A DNA stretch of 64,000 nucleotides from the IMG/VR virus record IMGVR_UViG_3300012041_000002, positions 12,210 to 76,209 of that record, one strand, 5' to 3'. A model generated the notes under the pieces. It saw nothing but the letters and a program-made list of their open reading frames with translations, did no database searches and was not told where the DNA came from. The position numbers and the translations under genes were made by a program. Source of the DNA: a virus (taxonomy: Duplodnaviria; Caudoviricetes). Shown in pieces: positions 63,268 to 64,000 of the stretch (within the stretch, counting starts at the first letter, position 1; every line of letters begins with the position of its first letter).

Positions 63268-63279
63268 GTATTTTAGGAA

Positions 63280-63588
63280 CTAATACCCGGGCATCATCTC
63301 CCCGGAGGGCTTGGATTGGCGGCGAAGCATATCCTCGGCCATCATGGTGGTGGGTTGCTTATGGGGCCTCTTACGTAGAGTGTTGAGCAACTCCCCACTC
63401 TTACCCTCCGAAGCCGCTTCAAGAAGCTCCTCAACCTCAACAACCGTCACCCCGCGCAGTTTTACCTTGGGTTGTGAGCCTGCTACAACCGTAAAGGCCC
63501 CGTACTCGGGTTCAGCAATTATTTCCACGCTTTGCCCCCACTTGGAGATTACGCTCAGTTTCTTGAAATTTGTTAGATTTATCTGCAC
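63280..63588 (-). CDS. hypothetical protein
   Basis: AAAGGAG RBS; ends just before the terminator. Confidence 0.7.
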   Translation of the reverse strand: MQINLTNFKKLSVISKWGQSVEIIAEPEYGAFTVVAGSQPKVKLRGVTVVEVEELLEAASEGKSGELLNTLRKRPHKQPTTMMAEDMLRRQSKPSGEMMPGY

Positions 63589-63600
63589 TTCATTTCTCCT

Positions 63601-63978
63601 TTAGGACGGGGAACCCCAGTAGGGCAACTCTGATTTATAACAAATAGGGCACTTCGCATCCCCACAGTGGGGTATGTCATACTTAGCAGCCGACTCCACA
63701 ATACTCCTCCGGGGCACCTGAACGTATGGGGGTTCAGGCTTGGCGAGCTGCTCCACTTCCTGCTTCAACTCCAGCAGCTCCAGCAAATCTTTCAGCATCT
63801 GCCCCTGGGTGTCGAGCATACGAGACATCTCGGCAATCAGTAGAAGGTACCCATGCCCGGGGATACCGCAAGGATTCTCGGCATACTGCCGGGCCAGCAA
63901 TATCTGCTGCTGTTGCTGCGGCCCAAACTCATTCACCCACCCTGTAAACTTTTCCGGTGCAAACCTCTCCCCGGCCAA
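63601..63978 (-). CDS. hypothetical protein with C-terminal H/Cys motif
   Basis: HCGDAKCPIC; start uncertain near the window edge. Confidence 0.65.
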   Translation of the reverse strand: MAGERFAPEKFTGWVNEFGPQQQQQILLARQYAENPCGIPGHGYLLLIAEMSRMLDTQGQMLKDLLELLELKQEVEQLAKPEPPYVQVPRRSIVESAAKYDIPHCGDAKCPICYKSELPYWGSPS

Positions 63979-64000
63979 CGGGGTTGCCGTTACGACTCCA

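Noticed and set aside
1-64000. CRISPR array, tRNA genes, integrase or att sites
   Set aside because: No repeat-spacer periodicity, cloverleaf or recombinase motif seen; the Cas4-like gene has no array or other cas genes beside it
1-64000. Possible TTAA depletion
   Set aside because: TTAA looks sparse, but several sites exist (e.g. near 2738, 11254, 39635) and codon preference could explain it; it needs a computed count

Overview
The window is part of a tailed dsDNA phage genome (siphovirus-like, long non-contractile tail). The host is probably Chloroflexota, inferred from a Chloroflexi-type cell-wall repeat on the amidase and a host-like dockerin protein. Layout: (+) 1-12.9 kb, a dense run of small early/accessory genes (Gp88-like Fe-S protein, two ParB-like proteins, JAB/MPN-like protein, Rad52-like annealing protein, dockerin protein, lipoprotein); (-) 12.9-21.1 kb (candidate TerS, 640-aa secreted protein, MazG-like, Cas4-like nuclease, SSB, primase); (+) 21.5-29.5 kb replication operon (DnaB, VRR-NUC, dNMP kinase, 5'-nucleotidase, PolA, ClpP); (-) a lone BlaI/MecI-family regulator; (+) 30.1-62.5 kb packaging, head, tail and an enlarged lysis cassette; and a 62.5-63.3 kb regulatory locus. 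That locus holds the most novel signal: two convergent, promoter-equipped candidate non-coding RNAs flanking a small ORF. One is a ~170-nt multi-stem RNA with two mutually exclusive folds, and the other is an ~85-nt RNA with an anti-Shine-Dalgarno seed. Other notable points are tandem DnaA boxes at the blaI promoter, a ClpP/BlaI convergent pair, apparent absence of GATC, and a repeated GAAA-tetraloop hairpin in the late operon. I saw no integrase, tRNA, CRISPR array or reverse transcriptase. Family assignments come from motif recognition by eye, not database searches. Several start codons were moved from the supplied ORF track to the nearest start with a plausible RBS.
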